A stretch of 64,000 nucleotides of DNA. Origin: Podarcis cretensis (Eukaryota). A program made the position numbers and the translations under genes. The stretch spans positions 51,150,001 to 51,214,000 of the forward strand of contig OX638150.1 of NCBI GenBank assembly GCA_951804945.1, read 5' to 3'. Below, in pieces: positions 62,261 through 64,000 of this stretch (its first letter is position 1; every line of letters begins with the position of its first letter). A model generated the notes under the pieces. It ran no database searches and had not been told where the DNA came from. It saw only the letters and a list, made by a program, of their open reading frames with translations.

Positions 62261-64000
62261 CCTTCCCTTAAAAAATGCAAGCTGAAAGTTGTAAATATTG
62301 CTCTCAGCCCTGTGCTGAACTGAGCACCTAGGGCAGAAAGTGAACTTCCTGTTTTAGGTCACATTTGTTGAGCCTGACTTGGTTTTCCACATTTTACTGC
62401 TGGCAAGTAGTGTGCTTATGTAATAGGCCTGTGGAAAGAACGGCCACATTCCAGCTGGCTGCCAATTCCTTCCTCTTCCTGGTGAATTTCTCCTTGCCGT
62501 TTCCACTCCTGAGCCAACTGCTCAAACCAAGCCAGATGTGGCTATTCAGGAGCACCTTCCCTTTTGAAGAACCTAACCTAGGAGCACCTGGCACAAGGGA
62601 AAAGGAAATCAAAGAAACAGAGGTGGGGCCACATGGATGGAGCTTCTACACACCGCCAGATGCTTGAGGGAACCATGAGCTCCTTTGTTTCATCTCCATG
62701 CCACATTGAATTATTTTGCTCAAGAACAGGCAAAGTGGTGGTTGACATTCTGCTGGCAGCCCCCACCTACCCCATGTCTCCCACTAGTAGAAATGGAAGG
62801 GCATTTTTCGACGCAAGGCAATATTGGAAGAGCTGTTCCCTAACCTCTGTCTGTCTTGGCCATGTCCCGCCCGTGGTGTTATTTACCAGCTTCCCTTCCC
62901 TTTCCCATTTCCCTCGCTGTCTGTTGAGACCAGTGACAGGAAGCACATGGGCTTGGAAGCCATGACCTTGACTGTGCTCTGACAGGCTCTTTCCTCCTGT
63001 CCCTTCAAAATCGGAGAATCCCCCAGATTTCCAAGTAGCCGCTTTGCCACATGTGCAACAAAATGCCCAAGTGCAACAAAATGCCCAAAGGTGCAGAGGT
63101 GAAGGGGGAAGGTGCAGAGGTGAAGGGCAGTGCTGCTGATGCTGCCTTTCATTTGCCACACCTCAAGAGTGCTGGAGGGAGAAAACACAAAGCAGATCCT
63201 CAAGCTCAGTTTGCTGTTCCTCCTTATCTCTCTCTTCACTAATCTGTCAATGCTACCCTCAGGCTTGCTGGCTGCTCACTCTTTTTTGCTACATTCCACT
63301 GCTAGGAAGGCTTAGGAGAATCTCCAGCTATTTTTAAAAGCATCATACAACACTTCAGACAAGTTTGCTCTGGATCCTGGAAAAAAAGACAGTTAATCAC
63401 GAAAGCCTTATATGTTTTACAGCAGCTAACAAAATGATATTAAACTCGCACAGCAAAATGTTTTGCCTTTATATATTGCGGGGCGTTCTGACCTAGGTAG
63501 CCTTTGCATATACAGTACTCTTCCTGCCTTCTTTTCTGAAACAACTGTGAGGTGCTGTTTTAGCAGCACCAGTGAGTGTGCATTAAGAGCAGTGGCTAAT
63601 ATGGGGGGGGGGGGGAGAGAGAATATGTCACTGTGTTTCACCCGGACCCATCCTGAATGCTGCTTGCAGCTTGTTATGAATAATCCATGCTGCCCTCAAG
63701 TAACCTGAGCTACACAGCCAAGGAGAGGAATATATGCAAGAGTGGATTTCAGGGGAGGATGTGGTCTTCAGGTGACCTGATAGTGGTATAGGGCATGGAG
63801 AGGGAAGGGTGGGGTAGGGGGGCAGAAACCGCATAGTGGCCTTCACTTGGTTTCTCTCTCCTGGGTCTAAACAGGTTCCTGGAAATCAGGCACAGAGGGA
63901 GGGGAAGAGAAGAGAAGCATTGTGCAGATTAAGCAGGCTCTGGGCAGCCAGTTTGATTCACAGCACCTGGTTCCTGAGTTTCCAGTGGCAGAAACTGTTG

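Noticed and set aside
1-64000. Most ORFs in the supplied six-frame track
   Set aside because: Short, often with non-ATG starts, overlapping and unrecognisable. Expected noise in intron-rich vertebrate DNA; only those overlapping ABLIM3 or AFAP1L1 exons or LINE remnants are meaningful
1-64000. CRISPR array, operon or prokaryotic defence-type system
   Set aside because: No regularly spaced repeat-spacer structure. The DNA is eukaryotic and the dispersed palindromes are MITEs
61209-64000. Further upstream ABLIM3 exon (LIM2 end)
   Set aside because: No matching peptide with splice sites seen; presumably beyond the window

Overview
Vertebrate (squamate) genomic DNA, most likely a lacertid lizard judging from the Sauria SINE and MITE repertoire. 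There is no prokaryotic content, and almost all of the supplied ORF track is spurious. The window holds two tandem minus-strand genes. (1) The 3' part of ABLIM3 (actin-binding LIM protein 3): 19 coding exons that I traced by GT/AG boundaries from 61208 down to the TAA at 15587. They sum to 1607 nt (2 nt + 535 codons), splice into one open frame and encode LIM3, LIM4, the Ser/Pro-rich dematin-like region and the villin headpiece. They include an 8-nt micro-exon and two 30-nt exons, followed by a ~2 kb 3' UTR. (2) A CpG-island promoter and 16-nt first coding exon (MDRLS) of the neighbouring gene AFAP1L1 at ~8 kb. Introns carry many TEs: CR1 and L2 LINE ends, tRNA-derived SINEs, hAT-type MITEs with 8-bp TSDs, Tc1/pogo-type MITEs with TA TSDs, and microsatellites. 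I found no wholly new biological system. The best leads are a candidate unannotated internal first (or poison) exon at 34866-34905 beside a dense RBFOX UGCAUG cluster, two young hAT MITEs carrying CCCTAA telomere-like motifs, a hairpin MITE in the 3' UTR, an atypical A-tailed truncated Sauria SINE and clustered CTCF-like motifs. Exon numbers follow my recollection of the human gene and are approximate.
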